A stretch of DNA of 25,460 nt from an uncultured Deferribacteres bacterium. Its GTDB lineage: Bacteria; Zhuqueibacterota; Zhuqueibacteria; Zhuqueibacterales; Geothermadaptataceae. The notes beneath the pieces were generated by a model. That model had not been told where the DNA came from, did no database searches, and was given only the letters and a program-made list of their open reading frames with translations. Of the stretch, positions 1 through 8,480 are shown piece after piece. Every line of letters begins with the position of its first letter. Within the stretch, counting starts at the first letter, position 1. The DNA is taken from assembly GCA_964014485.1 (NCBI GenBank), contig CAXHAT010000116.1:1-25460 (forward strand), read 5' to 3'. The position numbers and the translations under genes were made by a program.

Positions 1-2010
1 GGTGTTGTTGTTGGCCTGAATATTTATTCCGGCAACTTTATACTCGCCGCTAAGCAGCTCAATATTGAAACCGCCAGCGAAATTGTTTGAGGCTGAAGAA
101 AAATATCTGCCGGTTTCACTATCGTAGGCAAACAGAAACATATCAGCAGCTTCCTCTGTAAGCAACGAGTTTTCAGGAGAGTGGAGAAATCCGCTCAGCT
201 TCTTCGGTTTTTCCGGCGTGAAATTGATGTTTCGTCTTCCAAAGGGCGCAGTGACGCTGACGGGAGTTGCGCTTGCCATATCAAGTTGCGCGTCATACCA
301 TTCATCAGAAAAATCGTCAGAGAAATACAAATCCATCCGCAATTTATACTTGCCCGTTCTGAGCCCTTCTACCCGATAGAGTCCGCTGCCGCCAAAGGGG
401 CTCGTCGAGACCTTTTCTCCGTCGAGAGTGTAGCAGTCAATCTCTCCATTTTCAGATAAAGGCCAGCCGTTTTCGTCTAAAACAGATCCTGATATATACC
501 CGCCCGGCCCAAGCTTGATGTCAGCTTTTCCATTAAAAGGAAGTTGCGACACGTCGATAATTTGAGCTTCTTCAAAAGTATCAGCGTCGTCAAACCACTG
601 AAAAGCGGGTTTGAGAATGGGCTGGCCGTCGCTCCATTCGGTATCGACAAACAATTTGTAGCTCCCCGGCTTCAAGCGTTTTATTTGGTAGGCCCCGTCA
701 GACCCGCTGGTTGAAGACTCTTCGTATCCTCCGTTCAGGTCATATGCGGTGACGATGATGCTGCTAACGGGAAGCAAATCGTCTCCAAATCTGACCACGC
801 CTCCAATTTGAGCGCCGATAGGCATTGTGATGACGACGTCTGCCGTCGTGTCCGGCGCATTCACTAAAACCGGGGTTGCATCGCTCGTATCAATAACGCC
901 GGGGTGCCAGACTTCCAGATAGTTTCCCTGACCATTGTATTGCGTTTCCAAAAAGTACGAGCCGGTCGCCAAGCCGCTAATGACAAAGCCCTGGCCTGTA
1001 AATTGACTGGGCGTATAAATTGGAGAAAAGGATTCGTTATGAACCCAAATTCGAACTTCCCACTCTTCGAAAAAGCCACCGTCTTCACCGACGATTTTCA
1101 CAGCAATGGCGCCCCCCGCTTCAAGGGTAAAATCGATGTTTCGCGTTGTGTCGCCGTCGGTCACGGCTATCGGAGTTGCAGTCTCAAAGGAGTTGGCGTC
1201 AAGATACCACTCGCTCAAAAGATTTTCTTGTCCAGAATACCGTGCTCTCAGTTTATAGCTTCCGGAGCCCAATCCTTCTATAAGAAATGCTCCCGAACTG
1301 TCTGTATCCGCCAAAGTCAAAAAGTTGTGATCGTTGTCATATGCAAAAATACTCACTCCTGACGTAACCGGACGGTTTTGAAAATCCTTAACCACCCCGG
1401 CTATTGCCCCATTGCCAAATAGTGTATTGCGCAAACGAGCCAATCGAAAATCTATGAAGCGTGTTTGTTGATTCTCAATCACTTCGACCAATGCAGCGTT
1501 TGACCAGTGATAAGCATCTTCATAATATGCCAAGCGGTAGACAGTAGAAAACTCGGCGGCGACGACGTAATACCGTCCAGGTGCAAGATTATCAATCAAA
1601 TATGTTCCTTGATCAGATGAAAAAACGAAATCGGAACCCGCGAATCCTCCGAATTCATCATATGCGGCAATCGAAACAAGCTCGCTCGCTCGGGTCATGC
1701 CGTCTTCTTCATAAACTATCCCCGAGATCGAGCCGTTAGCTGCATGGTTTCTTTGAGAATTCAGGAATGCGCTAATCTCGTCAATCTTCATTCCTTTGGC
1801 TTTTAGATCGAGAATCAATTCACGATGCGCCTCCATTCTTGGCGCTGGATTCCTGCGTTCACCGAGTACTTCCGTTTTCCGTTCGGCGTCCTTTTTTTCT
1901 AACAGCTTTAGCAATAACGGCTGTTTGTCGTCGCGCACTTGAGCAAATGTGACTTGGCTGAAAAGCAGCATAAATGCGATGCATAGCAGTTGTGTAATGA
2001 CTTTTTTCAT
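1..2010 (-). CDS. Large secreted protein with tandem carboxypeptidase-regulatory-like (CnaB/transthyretin-like) repeats; 3' end runs off the window
   Basis: Checked codon by codon: no stop from ATG 2010 to base 1 (670 codons). GAGGAG RBS upstream. Signal peptide MKKVITQLLCIAFMLLFSQVTFA, then ~100-aa repeats beginning GSISGIV, GAIAGVV, GAIAVKI, AQIGGVV, GYISGSV, with GxY and (E)WY..A...ATP.V...IDF motifs. Absent from the ORF track because no stop lies in the window. Confidence 0.9.
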   Translation of the reverse strand, partial: MKKVITQLLCIAFMLLFSQVTFAQVRDDKQPLLLKLLEKKDAERKTEVLGERRNPAPRMEAHRELILDLKAKGMKIDEISAFLNSQRNHAANGSISGIVYEEDGMTRASELVSIAAYDEFGGFAGSDFVFSSDQGTYLIDNLAPGRYYVVAAEFSTVYRLAYYEDAYHWSNAALVEVIENQQTRFIDFRLARLRNTLFGNGAIAGVVKDFQNRPVTSGVSIFAYDNDHNFLTLADTDSSGAFLIEGLGSGSYKLRARYSGQENLLSEWYLDANSFETATPIAVTDGDTTRNIDFTLEAGGAIAVKIVGEDGGFFEEWEVRIWVHNESFSPIYTPSQFTGQGFVISGLATGSYFLETQYNGQGNYLEVWHPGVIDTSDATPVLVNAPDTTADVVITMPIGAQIGGVVRFGDDLLPVSSIIVTAYDLNGGYEESSTSGSDGAYQIKRLKPGSYKLFVDTEWSDGQPILKPAFQWFDDADTFEEAQIIDVSQLPFNGKADIKLGPGGYISGSVLDENGWPLSENGEIDCYTLDGEKVSTSPFGGSGLYRVEGLRTGKYKLRMDLYFSDDFSDEWYDAQLDMASATPVSVTAPFGRRNINFTPEKPKKLSGFLHSPENSLLTEEAADMFLFAYDSETGRYFSSASNNFAGGFNIELLSGEYKVAGINIQANNNT

Positions 2011-2092
2011 ATCGGGGCTCCTCATTTTCGAAGATTCAGAACATCATGCGTTCACTTTGCCCGCTCCAATTCGTTTTTTCCAATCTGCAGCT

Positions 2093-2857
2093 TCAAATAT
2101 CCGCGGATTCATGGATGAATAAATCTTTGGCCGCCGCTTGCCGCCAGCGCTCGGCGGATTCTTTTCCCGGAACGCCCGCGCGTTCGCCCGATGCGTAGAT
2201 AATCTCGTACAGTTGAAATTGATCGCGTTCGCCCGTTTCCGCTCGTTCCGGGTCGGAAGTCCGCGCACCGAAGCGTTCAACGCGCTGCTTGATTCCCAAG
2301 ATTTGCCGTTTCCCCATGATTGTGTCGATGATCTGGAACGCCCAAATTGCCAAGCGCGCCGTAAAGCCGGTCGTATCAGCCGACATCCGAATCACCAATC
2401 GCGAGCCGCCGCCTTCGGGGCGCAGCAAAATATCCGTAACCAGCCGAGCCCTCGCGCCAAAGAACCGTACGCCGTCCGTCCACCAAGTCAGCTCACGGCC
2501 TGGTTCGATGTGCCGTAAATAACCAATGGCCGTTGCATCGCCAAGCTCGGGGGCGGGAATCCAGGTGACAATGTGCCGTGCTGAAGTTTTGCCGCCGTTG
2601 TCCAGCCAATCGACGCTGTACCATCCCGCGCCGCGCCCGAGTTGAGCCAACCAAAGCCAAACGGTTTCGGGCGGCGCATCGATGGAGACGGCTCGCGTCA
2701 TCGCGGTGCGGGCGGACGGGCCGTTTTTTAGATATGTGTCACCGGTCATTCGCATTGTCACTTCTTCCGGCGCAGCGCCCCAACGCATTCCTCGCCGTAC
2801 GAACACCGTAAAGAGCACAATAATTAAAAACGCGAATCCAATGGTAATAAATGACAT
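2093..2857 (-). CDS. Membrane-anchored SRPBCC/START-like hypothetical protein
   Basis: N-terminal TM, then WGA..E...M.GD, TRAVSIDAPPETVWLWLAQLGRGAGWYS.DWLDN. AAGGAGGTG RBS favours ATG 2857 over 2881. Confidence 0.7.
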   Translation of the reverse strand: MSFITIGFAFLIIVLFTVFVRRGMRWGAAPEEVTMRMTGDTYLKNGPSARTAMTRAVSIDAPPETVWLWLAQLGRGAGWYSVDWLDNGGKTSARHIVTWIPAPELGDATAIGYLRHIEPGRELTWWTDGVRFFGARARLVTDILLRPEGGGSRLVIRMSADTTGFTARLAIWAFQIIDTIMGKRQILGIKQRVERFGARTSDPERAETGERDQFQLYEIIYASGERAGVPGKESAERWRQAAAKDLFIHESADI

Positions 2858-2917
2858 GGAGATCATCACCTCCTTGATCATATGAACTGAATGACAGACA
2901 AGCGTGAGCCAATGTCA

Positions 2918-3391
2918 TTATTTCTCGATCTCAGCGCCTGAACCTTTGACCTGATAAATCGTTATCGGCCCGGTGACGGAAGTCGGATCGAAGACTTCAC
3001 CCTTCTCTTCAGCAAGATGCTCCATATAGGAGACCGCGTCTTCTTTACCCATCTCGATCTTGTAAACCTCGCCCTCAGCAATAGCTTGCTTACCTCTGGC
3101 GGAAGTCGGGAAGACGATCTCACCGTCATTCACTTTGATTTTGATTTTTTGACCCGGCTTGTCGCCGGCGATTTCGATCCAGCAGCCTTGCTGTGTGCAT
3201 ACATCGAGAATTTCTCCCTGAACAAGAACTTTCTTACCGACGAATTCTTCGGGATTCTCCAGAATATTCGAAACCATCGTTGTTTCGGTTAAGACAGGTT
3301 TTGCTCCGTAAACCTGCTTTTCATCAACAGGAGCCGAAGTGCAAGAATTGAGCATGAGAGCGAGGACGGGGATGAGACATTTCAATTTCAT
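2918..3391 (-). CDS. DUF4920-family lipoprotein (OB-fold-like)
   Basis: Lipobox LNSC; motifs VC.QQGCW, IVFP, HLAEE.G, YQVKGSGA. AAGGAAGG RBS. Confidence 0.8.
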   Translation of the reverse strand: MKLKCLIPVLALMLNSCTSAPVDEKQVYGAKPVLTETTMVSNILENPEEFVGKKVLVQGEILDVCTQQGCWIEIAGDKPGQKIKIKVNDGEIVFPTSARGKQAIAEGEVYKIEMGKEDAVSYMEHLAEEKGEVFDPTSVTGPITIYQVKGSGAEIEK

Positions 3392-3453
3392 GAGAAGGTT
3401 CCTTCCTTATAGTTTATCAGAATTTTGTGAACTCCAACCTGGCGTCTGGACAG

Positions 3454-3739
3454 TATTACAACATTGAATCGCGCATCACCCGCAGGTTTAGCGCGCGGAA
3501 ATGCGAGCCTGATTGGCTAAACGAAGGCAAAGTCTAACGCTTAAGCCCCCTGTCAGTTCGACTGACAGGTGAATCAGATTGGTTCGCGAAGCCAATTAGC
3601 TGAACGGCCTTGCTCTCCCGCCGCACAAGGCGGCAAAAGGGAGTTTAAACAAGTATTCCCGCCTTAGCTTCTCAGTCTCTTTCTCCCATCAGACAAGCTG
3701 GCAGGGAGGAAGCTCCAGTTGGAACTTAACGTTGTAATA
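3454..3739 (+). ncRNA. Putative structured ncRNA, or structured MITE, of unknown family
   Basis: Closing inverted repeat TATTACAAC 3454-3462 / GTTGTAATA 3731-3739. Internal stems at 3486-3522, 3494-3505 (GAAA loop), 3549-3569, 3578-3596, 3615-3643 and 3666-3714. Several G-U pairs form only on the + strand. Confidence 0.5.
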
Positions 3740-3776
3740 GTAGCAAGTTGAAAGCGCCGACGCGGCAATGACCAAC

Positions 3777-3795
3777 ACGCCCATCGAACGGGCGT
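3777..3795. terminator. GC-rich hairpin downstream of the GYD gene
   Basis: ACGCCC-atcgaac-GGGCGT about 30 nt after the stop at 3826; no clear U-tract. Confidence 0.3.
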
Positions 3796-3825
3796 CGCAG
3801 CGAAAGCTTTCCATAAAACCACATC

Positions 3826-4122
3826 CTATAACATCGCAGCCAATTCCACGAAATGCTTGTAGGGAATCGCTGTCCAGCTTTCAGCCTGGAGAGCGCCGTT
3901 CGAGAGGCTGATCATCGAGACTTTTGCAGCAGCGTCCGCATTCGGGGCTTCGTAAATATCGAGAAAATCATACTGCCCCAACAACGCATAGTGCGCGATG
4001 AACTTCACTTCAGGGCATTTTTGTTTGACCAGGTCCAACCAGGCTCGTCCCTGCTCGGCTCGATCTTTCATTTGCTTCAACAGCTCAGGCGATAATTTGG
4101 TCATAAGAATGTAGGTCTGCAT
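3826..4122 (-). CDS. GYD-domain protein
   Basis: 98 aa: YILMTKL...YALLGQYDFLDIYEAP...AKVS; AGGAGA RBS. Confidence 0.85.
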   Translation of the reverse strand: MQTYILMTKLSPELLKQMKDRAEQGRAWLDLVKQKCPEVKFIAHYALLGQYDFLDIYEAPNADAAAKVSMISLSNGALQAESWTAIPYKHFVELAAML

Positions 4123-4134
4123 AGAGACTCTCCT

Positions 4135-4299
4135 TCATGTTTTGCTTGCTGTCTTGGCGATAAAACTGCTGAAAATCCGCTCAACTTCACTGCTCTTGCA
4201 TTTCGGGCATTTTACTTTGCGCTGATCATGTTCACTCATCGTCAGCACTTCAGAAAACTTTTGATCGCATTTTTTACAGTAATACTCATACGTTGGCAT
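4135..4299 (-). CDS. FmdB-family zinc-ribbon protein (54 aa)
   Basis: MPTYEYYCKKC...KCPKCKSSEVERIFS. AAGGAGGTG RBS before ATG 4299; the longer ORF-track start overlaps the next gene. Confidence 0.9.
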   Translation of the reverse strand: MPTYEYYCKKCDQKFSEVLTMSEHDQRKVKCPKCKSSEVERIFSSFIAKTASKT

Positions 4300-4327
4300 A
4301 TGCTTCACCTCCTTTAGATTTCCGGTT

Positions 4328-4879
4328 CTAAGACTTCGCATCCATTTTCCGAATCGGGATCTGGCACTCGACGAAACCATCTTCGTGATAGATTTCAAAC
4401 GCCGGGCCGGCAGTCTCGTAACCGTTTTGCTGCATCCAGGCATTCAATGCCGGGTATGTTTTAAAGGGCGCCACCGCCGGATGCGCCTTGATCGTGCCAA
4501 TAATGACTTCCCGCTGCGCCAGTGAATCAATCATAAAAGGCGCTTCGACCATGATCGAGTCTTCGACGATAAACCCGACTCTGCTGCGAAGTTGATCCTG
4601 AGGCACACTTGTCGGATCATCGTGGTAGACGCCGCAAGTATTGCCTATTGCGATACTTTTTTCTTCCAGCAGCGCTCTGACTTCTTCAATTTTTGCCGGA
4701 GCCTGCTGGTAAGGGCCGATATGCTCAAGACAAACGATCTGGTACGGCCCGCGCGCGGCCTGCTGCAGCTCGACGCTTTCAAAAGCGCCGAATTTGTAGG
4801 ATATGCTCACCAAGACGATGATGATAAGCGCCAAGATGGCCGTCACGATAATCAATATTGATTTGACTGCTTTCTTCAT
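4328..4879 (-). CDS. Membrane-anchored GyrI-like small-molecule-binding protein
   Basis: N-terminal TM; HIGPY, GVYHDDP.SVPQDQLRSRVG, YPALNAWMQQNGY..GPAFEIY. Confidence 0.85.
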   Translation of the reverse strand: MKKAVKSILIIVTAILALIIIVLVSISYKFGAFESVELQQAARGPYQIVCLEHIGPYQQAPAKIEEVRALLEEKSIAIGNTCGVYHDDPTSVPQDQLRSRVGFIVEDSIMVEAPFMIDSLAQREVIIGTIKAHPAVAPFKTYPALNAWMQQNGYETAGPAFEIYHEDGFVECQIPIRKMDAKS

Positions 4880-5008
4880 TTTTACACCTTTTTCTAAAAT
4901 TGGGTTTCTCCGCGAACTGCTCGACCAGGTGGCCGCGACGTGCAGAACGCCTTATCCGCCGTTGAAAAAAGTCGCCGTACTCTTGGTCGTCAACCCTTCC
5001 TTCCTGAA

Positions 5009-5167
5009 GAGACCGTCGAAAAAGCCCGCGGCTTGTCATTCTGAAAAGCCGAAGGCCGGCGAAGCAAAATCTTTGTTATCGCCCGGTTCAGATCACGCTC
5101 AAAAGTTCAAGGGTTAGATCAAAAAAGATGCTTCCAGCATGACAATTTTGGGTTTTTCGACAGTCTC
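5009..5167. mobile_element. MITE-like element with ~18-bp TIRs enclosing a GTCATTC-type palindrome
   Basis: GAGACCGTCGAAAAAGCCC 5009-5027 vs GGGTTTTTCGACAGTCTC 5150-5167; inner TGTCATTCTG...CAGCATGACA. Confidence 0.7.
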
Positions 5168-5189
5168 AAAAGGGATTGAATATCAAAGC

Positions 5190-5402
5190 TCAAGCCGTCG
5201 TCCAGGTTTTATCTGAACCGCGATCCGGTTTTCGTTGGGTAACGTGCCAGGAGCTCGGCGCCGTATTTTGGATTTTGCCAACATCCGCAAATGCGGAGCG
5301 AATATCAAAAGCCGGGCTTTGGCCGTCGGTCGTGTTTTCTCCCGCCGCATCTCGTGGAATCAGGAGAATCACGGCGGTGAAAACGATACGTTTTACATTC
5401 AT
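5190..5402 (-). pseudogene. Probable 5' remnant of a secreted-protein gene
   Basis: Signal-like N-terminus MNVKRIVFTAVILLIP begins 15 nt after the DUF4097 stop; early TGA just before the MITE. Confidence 0.3.
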
Positions 5403-5417
5403 GTCATCACCGTGGCT

Positions 5418-6212
5418 TCATTGTCCGGTAACGTCGATGTTGCCGCTAATCGTGCCCAAAAGAATGGTTCCGCGTCCTTCTCCGCACACGCCGCGCAATG
5501 TGTTTTCCGTTTGCACAATATCTTCCAAAACGAAGTTCGAAAGCCGGATTTTGCCGCTGACAACGGAAGCTGAAAAATCCGCCGAAGTGTATTGTGGAAT
5601 AAAGAGATCGATGTTTCCGCTGACCGCGCCGAGGTTGATCGTTCCTTCCAGAGGAAGAACGATGTGTCCCTCGACATTGCCGCTGACCGTGCCCGTATAG
5701 ACGCTGCCGATAATATCATCCAGTTCCACGTTTCCGCTCACACTGGTCACGCTCACGTTGTTGTGAATCATGCTTATCGTTACGCCGCCGCTGACGTTTC
5801 CAACGACGACCCGCATGTCGCGCGGGAGCCTAATCGTATAATCGACAATGTAGTTGCGATTGCGCGTGCTGTTTGGCTGTGTGGTTCTGACAATGACTTC
5901 CTCCGACAAATCCTGCACGTTCACTTTGAGCCGCTCCAACTCCGCGTCGGCGTCGGATTGGCTGAATGATTCGACGCGTCTTTCACCGGTTATTTTGACC
6001 GAGCCAAAGCCGTCAAGTCCGGTGACCGTGATTGTTCCGGCAATGCCTTCGAGGACGAATTGCGTTTGCTCCAAGACTTCGATTTCATAGGAAAAGGACT
6101 TTTCGGCAAGGTACGAATTGCCGTTGCTGAACGGATTGTCGTCGCTGCACGCGACGACTGAAAGACAGATAACCGAAAAGGTTATCGCGATGGTTTTTTT
6201 GACAAAATTCAT
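5418..6212 (-). CDS. DUF4097-family beta-strand repeat lipoprotein (putative adhesin-like)
   Basis: Lipobox VVAC; VDYTIRLP followed by repeated (N/S/T)VSG(N/G/K)(V/I) units; GAGAGG RBS. Confidence 0.9.
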   Translation of the reverse strand: MNFVKKTIAITFSVICLSVVACSDDNPFSNGNSYLAEKSFSYEIEVLEQTQFVLEGIAGTITVTGLDGFGSVKITGERRVESFSQSDADAELERLKVNVQDLSEEVIVRTTQPNSTRNRNYIVDYTIRLPRDMRVVVGNVSGGVTISMIHNNVSVTSVSGNVELDDIIGSVYTGTVSGNVEGHIVLPLEGTINLGAVSGNIDLFIPQYTSADFSASVVSGKIRLSNFVLEDIVQTENTLRGVCGEGRGTILLGTISGNIDVTGQ

Positions 6213-6238
6213 TTGTTAACCTCTCTTGTTTTGCCTGG

Positions 6239-6751
6239 TCACTCCGCAACGGGCAAGTAGAGTTCGAGCACGAAATCTTCTTCGGGCGCAAGCGGGTTAA
6301 GCACTTTTTCCAGCTCGTGGGTTTCGCGCCATGTGTAATTGCTCTCGTGGTCGTGGACCCAGGCGCTAAGTTTTTGCCAGATTTCAACAATGCTCCCTTT
6401 GGGATCGCCGAACAGTTTACACGAAGCGACCGCGTACAAACCGCCGGGGAAATCCTTTAATTCAACGTCCTTTTCCGGCTCGGCTTCGGGATCGACGCGA
6501 ATCCAGAGTTCATACCCGTACTCTTTCCGATTCGGCCTCGGGCCTGGATTGTTAAAGCCGAAAACGGGGTGAGCTTCCACGTCAGCGAACAGGTCGTTTG
6601 GGTTGGCGTAGGCGCGCAATTTTTCCCACGCCTCTTTTTCGGGAGCTTCACCGTCGGCATGCACAACAGCAACCTTCATCGCTTCAAGCTCGACGATGCG
6701 CACTTCAAGCGCGTCGTCGATGCTTGCGTCGGTTATGTCATTGTTTTTCAT
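6239..6751 (-). CDS. GyrI-like effector-binding domain protein (cytoplasmic)
   Basis: VRIVELEAMKVA...APEKEAWEKL...FGFNNP...YGYELWI...FPGGLYAV...W..L...LELYLPV; GAAGGAG RBS. Confidence 0.85.
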   Translation of the reverse strand: MKNNDITDASIDDALEVRIVELEAMKVAVVHADGEAPEKEAWEKLRAYANPNDLFADVEAHPVFGFNNPGPRPNRKEYGYELWIRVDPEAEPEKDVELKDFPGGLYAVASCKLFGDPKGSIVEIWQKLSAWVHDHESNYTWRETHELEKVLNPLAPEEDFVLELYLPVAE

Positions 6752-7796
6752 TTAGATACTCCTTCAAATAGCCTATGCCTTTTTCTTCGCTGGTTTTGGC
6801 TTCTCGAACATTTTTCGCCAGATCCTTCAAAACGTCAGCACGCGGACTGCTTTGCTCGGAGAAGTAGTCCCAAATCGGCTTTAAATGAGAAGCAACCTCG
6901 GCGTAGGCCAACCAGGCCTGATTCAGCGATTCATTTTTCTCCGAGAGCGCCTTGAGATAATCTCGAGCGTAGCAGCGGGCTGAAAAATGGTGCGCCGCGT
7001 AGTAGTTCGCGAATCCGCGAAGCCCATCGTCAATCTTGCCGCTTTTTCCAGCTTCGAGAAGCATGGCCCATCGCTCGAAGACCAGCGCCCACAAGTCAAA
7101 CGCCGGTAAGCCGTCCTGATAGTTGGGGCGCTCAAACCATTCTTTTTGTGCGGCGTGCGCCAAAGCCGTTTTCAACGATTTGCTTATGATCTCCGTTCGA
7201 CTTCGTTGATTTCTTTCTTCCGGAATCGTCACCGAGAGGATATCGATGCCGTTGTGTCCCAATTTCTCAAAAGCCAGAGAGCCAGGCTTGCCTTCAATTG
7301 TCAAAGTATCGTAGGAACGTTTCTCTTCGTCATAGCCGATGATCAAGCCCCACTCGTCGTCGAAAATATCCCAGACGATCGCCGGTACGCCTCGATTTAT
7401 GGCTGAAAAGATGGCGGCTTGTGCTTCTTTTCGTCTCATTTCTTCCACTTCGTCTTCGTCCCAATATCGGCTGATGTAGCGGCAGCGATAACCCGCTTGT
7501 TCAACCGCCTCAGGCAAAATCGCCGAATAATCAAAGACGCTCATCGCGCTCGGGCACATGGTTTCATTGATGAATATTCTAAAAGCGAACGCGGAGCTTC
7601 CCATCAGCCAGGCGGGGTTCAACTCGCCCTGCACATAATTGAGAGCCGTTGCCAGACTGGCCATGAAGGAATGGCGGATTCCGGGCTCGCGCCTTGCCAG
7701 CGCCGCCGGATCGACATACCATTCGATTTGTTTTAGTTTTTTGGCTGACAATTTGAGTCTCCGTGTATTTGTTGCGCTGGAATCCCAGGCTAACAT
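6738..7796 (-). CDS. BtrH-N / peptidase C39-like fold protein, probably non-catalytic
   Basis: LMGSSAFAFRI..CPSA, AINRGVPAIVWD..EWGLIIGYDEE..Y, helical C-terminal half (GLPAFDLW, ARCYARDYL). True start may be TTG 7751 after GGAG. Confidence 0.6.
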   Translation of the reverse strand: MLAWDSSATNTRRLKLSAKKLKQIEWYVDPAALARREPGIRHSFMASLATALNYVQGELNPAWLMGSSAFAFRIFINETMCPSAMSVFDYSAILPEAVEQAGYRCRYISRYWDEDEVEEMRRKEAQAAIFSAINRGVPAIVWDIFDDEWGLIIGYDEEKRSYDTLTIEGKPGSLAFEKLGHNGIDILSVTIPEERNQRSRTEIISKSLKTALAHAAQKEWFERPNYQDGLPAFDLWALVFERWAMLLEAGKSGKIDDGLRGFANYYAAHHFSARCYARDYLKALSEKNESLNQAWLAYAEVASHLKPIWDYFSEQSSPRADVLKDLAKNVREAKTSEEKGIGYLKEYLNEKQ

Positions 7797-7850
7797 TCAC
7801 CCATAAATCTGTACAAGAATGAACGAGTTAAAATTACTGCCACGCTCAAA

Positions 7851-7938
7851 ACCCACCCCTTGCCCCTCCCAGGAGGGGATTCCCAGCGACCGCGAAGCGG
7901 TCGCGTGATTCCCATCCTGGGAGGGGTTAGGGGTGGGT
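7851..7938. repeat. REP-like palindromic element, CCCCTCCC/GGGAGGGG type
   Basis: ACCCACCCCTTGCCCCTCCCAGGAGGGGA ... TCCCATCCTGGGAGGGGTTAGGGGTGGGT with central GCGACCGC-GAA-GCGGTCGC hairpin. Confidence 0.85.
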
Positions 7939-7973
7939 AAACACATGTTCTCATTTGCACTTACTTCTCGTTC

Positions 7974-8480
7974 TCAATCCGTCCCGCCGAACGGGTTGAA
8001 GTCCAGGTTCCAGATCGTCATTTTGATTTTGAACGAACCGTCCTTTTGCTTTTCCCAAATTTGGAAATACGATCCGTGATAAGCCCGCGGCTTGGATTCC
8101 GCCTTCCTGCTGACTGCCATGCCGAAAGTACCTCGGTCGTAAACGAGATCTCCGCACATCCACAAATCTGCAATCGTTCCGGTGATCGAGTGATATTTCA
8201 GGCCGCTTTCGCGTTCTTGCCTGAATATTTCTTTCAAAGCCGCTTTGCTATTAATCATAGGTTGAAAATCCGCCATGATGATCATATCGTCGGTGTAATA
8301 TTTCAGTTGCGCGTCATAGTCCCCGGCGACGGCCGCCTTGCTCATTTCCGCGTTGATGCGTTCCAGTTCGAGCTTGACCTTGTCGAGATCATCTTGAGCA
8401 AAAACGCGCGACGCGGAAAATACGCCGACGGCGAGCGCCAGTGACAGCGCAAAAAAAGATTTTGACAAGCGCTTTTTCAT
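7974..8480 (-). CDS. Secreted DUF4440/SnoaL-like (NTF2 fold) protein
   Basis: Signal peptide ...VFA-Q; GDY..Q..YYTDD, GDLVYDRGTF, GSYFQIWEKQKDGSFKI. GGAGAG RBS before ATG 8480, which overlaps the upstream stop. Confidence 0.85.
   Translation of the reverse strand: MKKRLSKSFFALSLALAVGVFSASRVFAQDDLDKVKLELERINAEMSKAAVAGDYDAQLKYYTDDMIIMADFQPMINSKAALKEIFRQERESGLKYHSITGTIADLWMCGDLVYDRGTFGMAVSRKAESKPRAYHGSYFQIWEKQKDGSFKIKMTIWNLDFNPFGGTD

Noticed and set aside
3454..3739. Retron msr-msd, group I/II intron or RNase P identity for the structured element
   Set aside because: No reverse transcriptase nearby, no host gene interrupted, and I could not find the conserved core motifs of these RNAs.
3731..3753. 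GTTGTAATAGTAGCAAGTTGAAA resembles a type II CRISPR repeat start / tracrRNA segment
   Set aside because: Short match only; no array, no cas gene and no anti-repeat context.
4123..4137. Selenocysteine readthrough at the TGA of the Cys-rich FmdB gene or at other TGA stops
   Set aside because: The stops fall at normal family C-termini; here the TGA is followed directly by the next gene's RBS, and no SECIS-like hairpin is evident.
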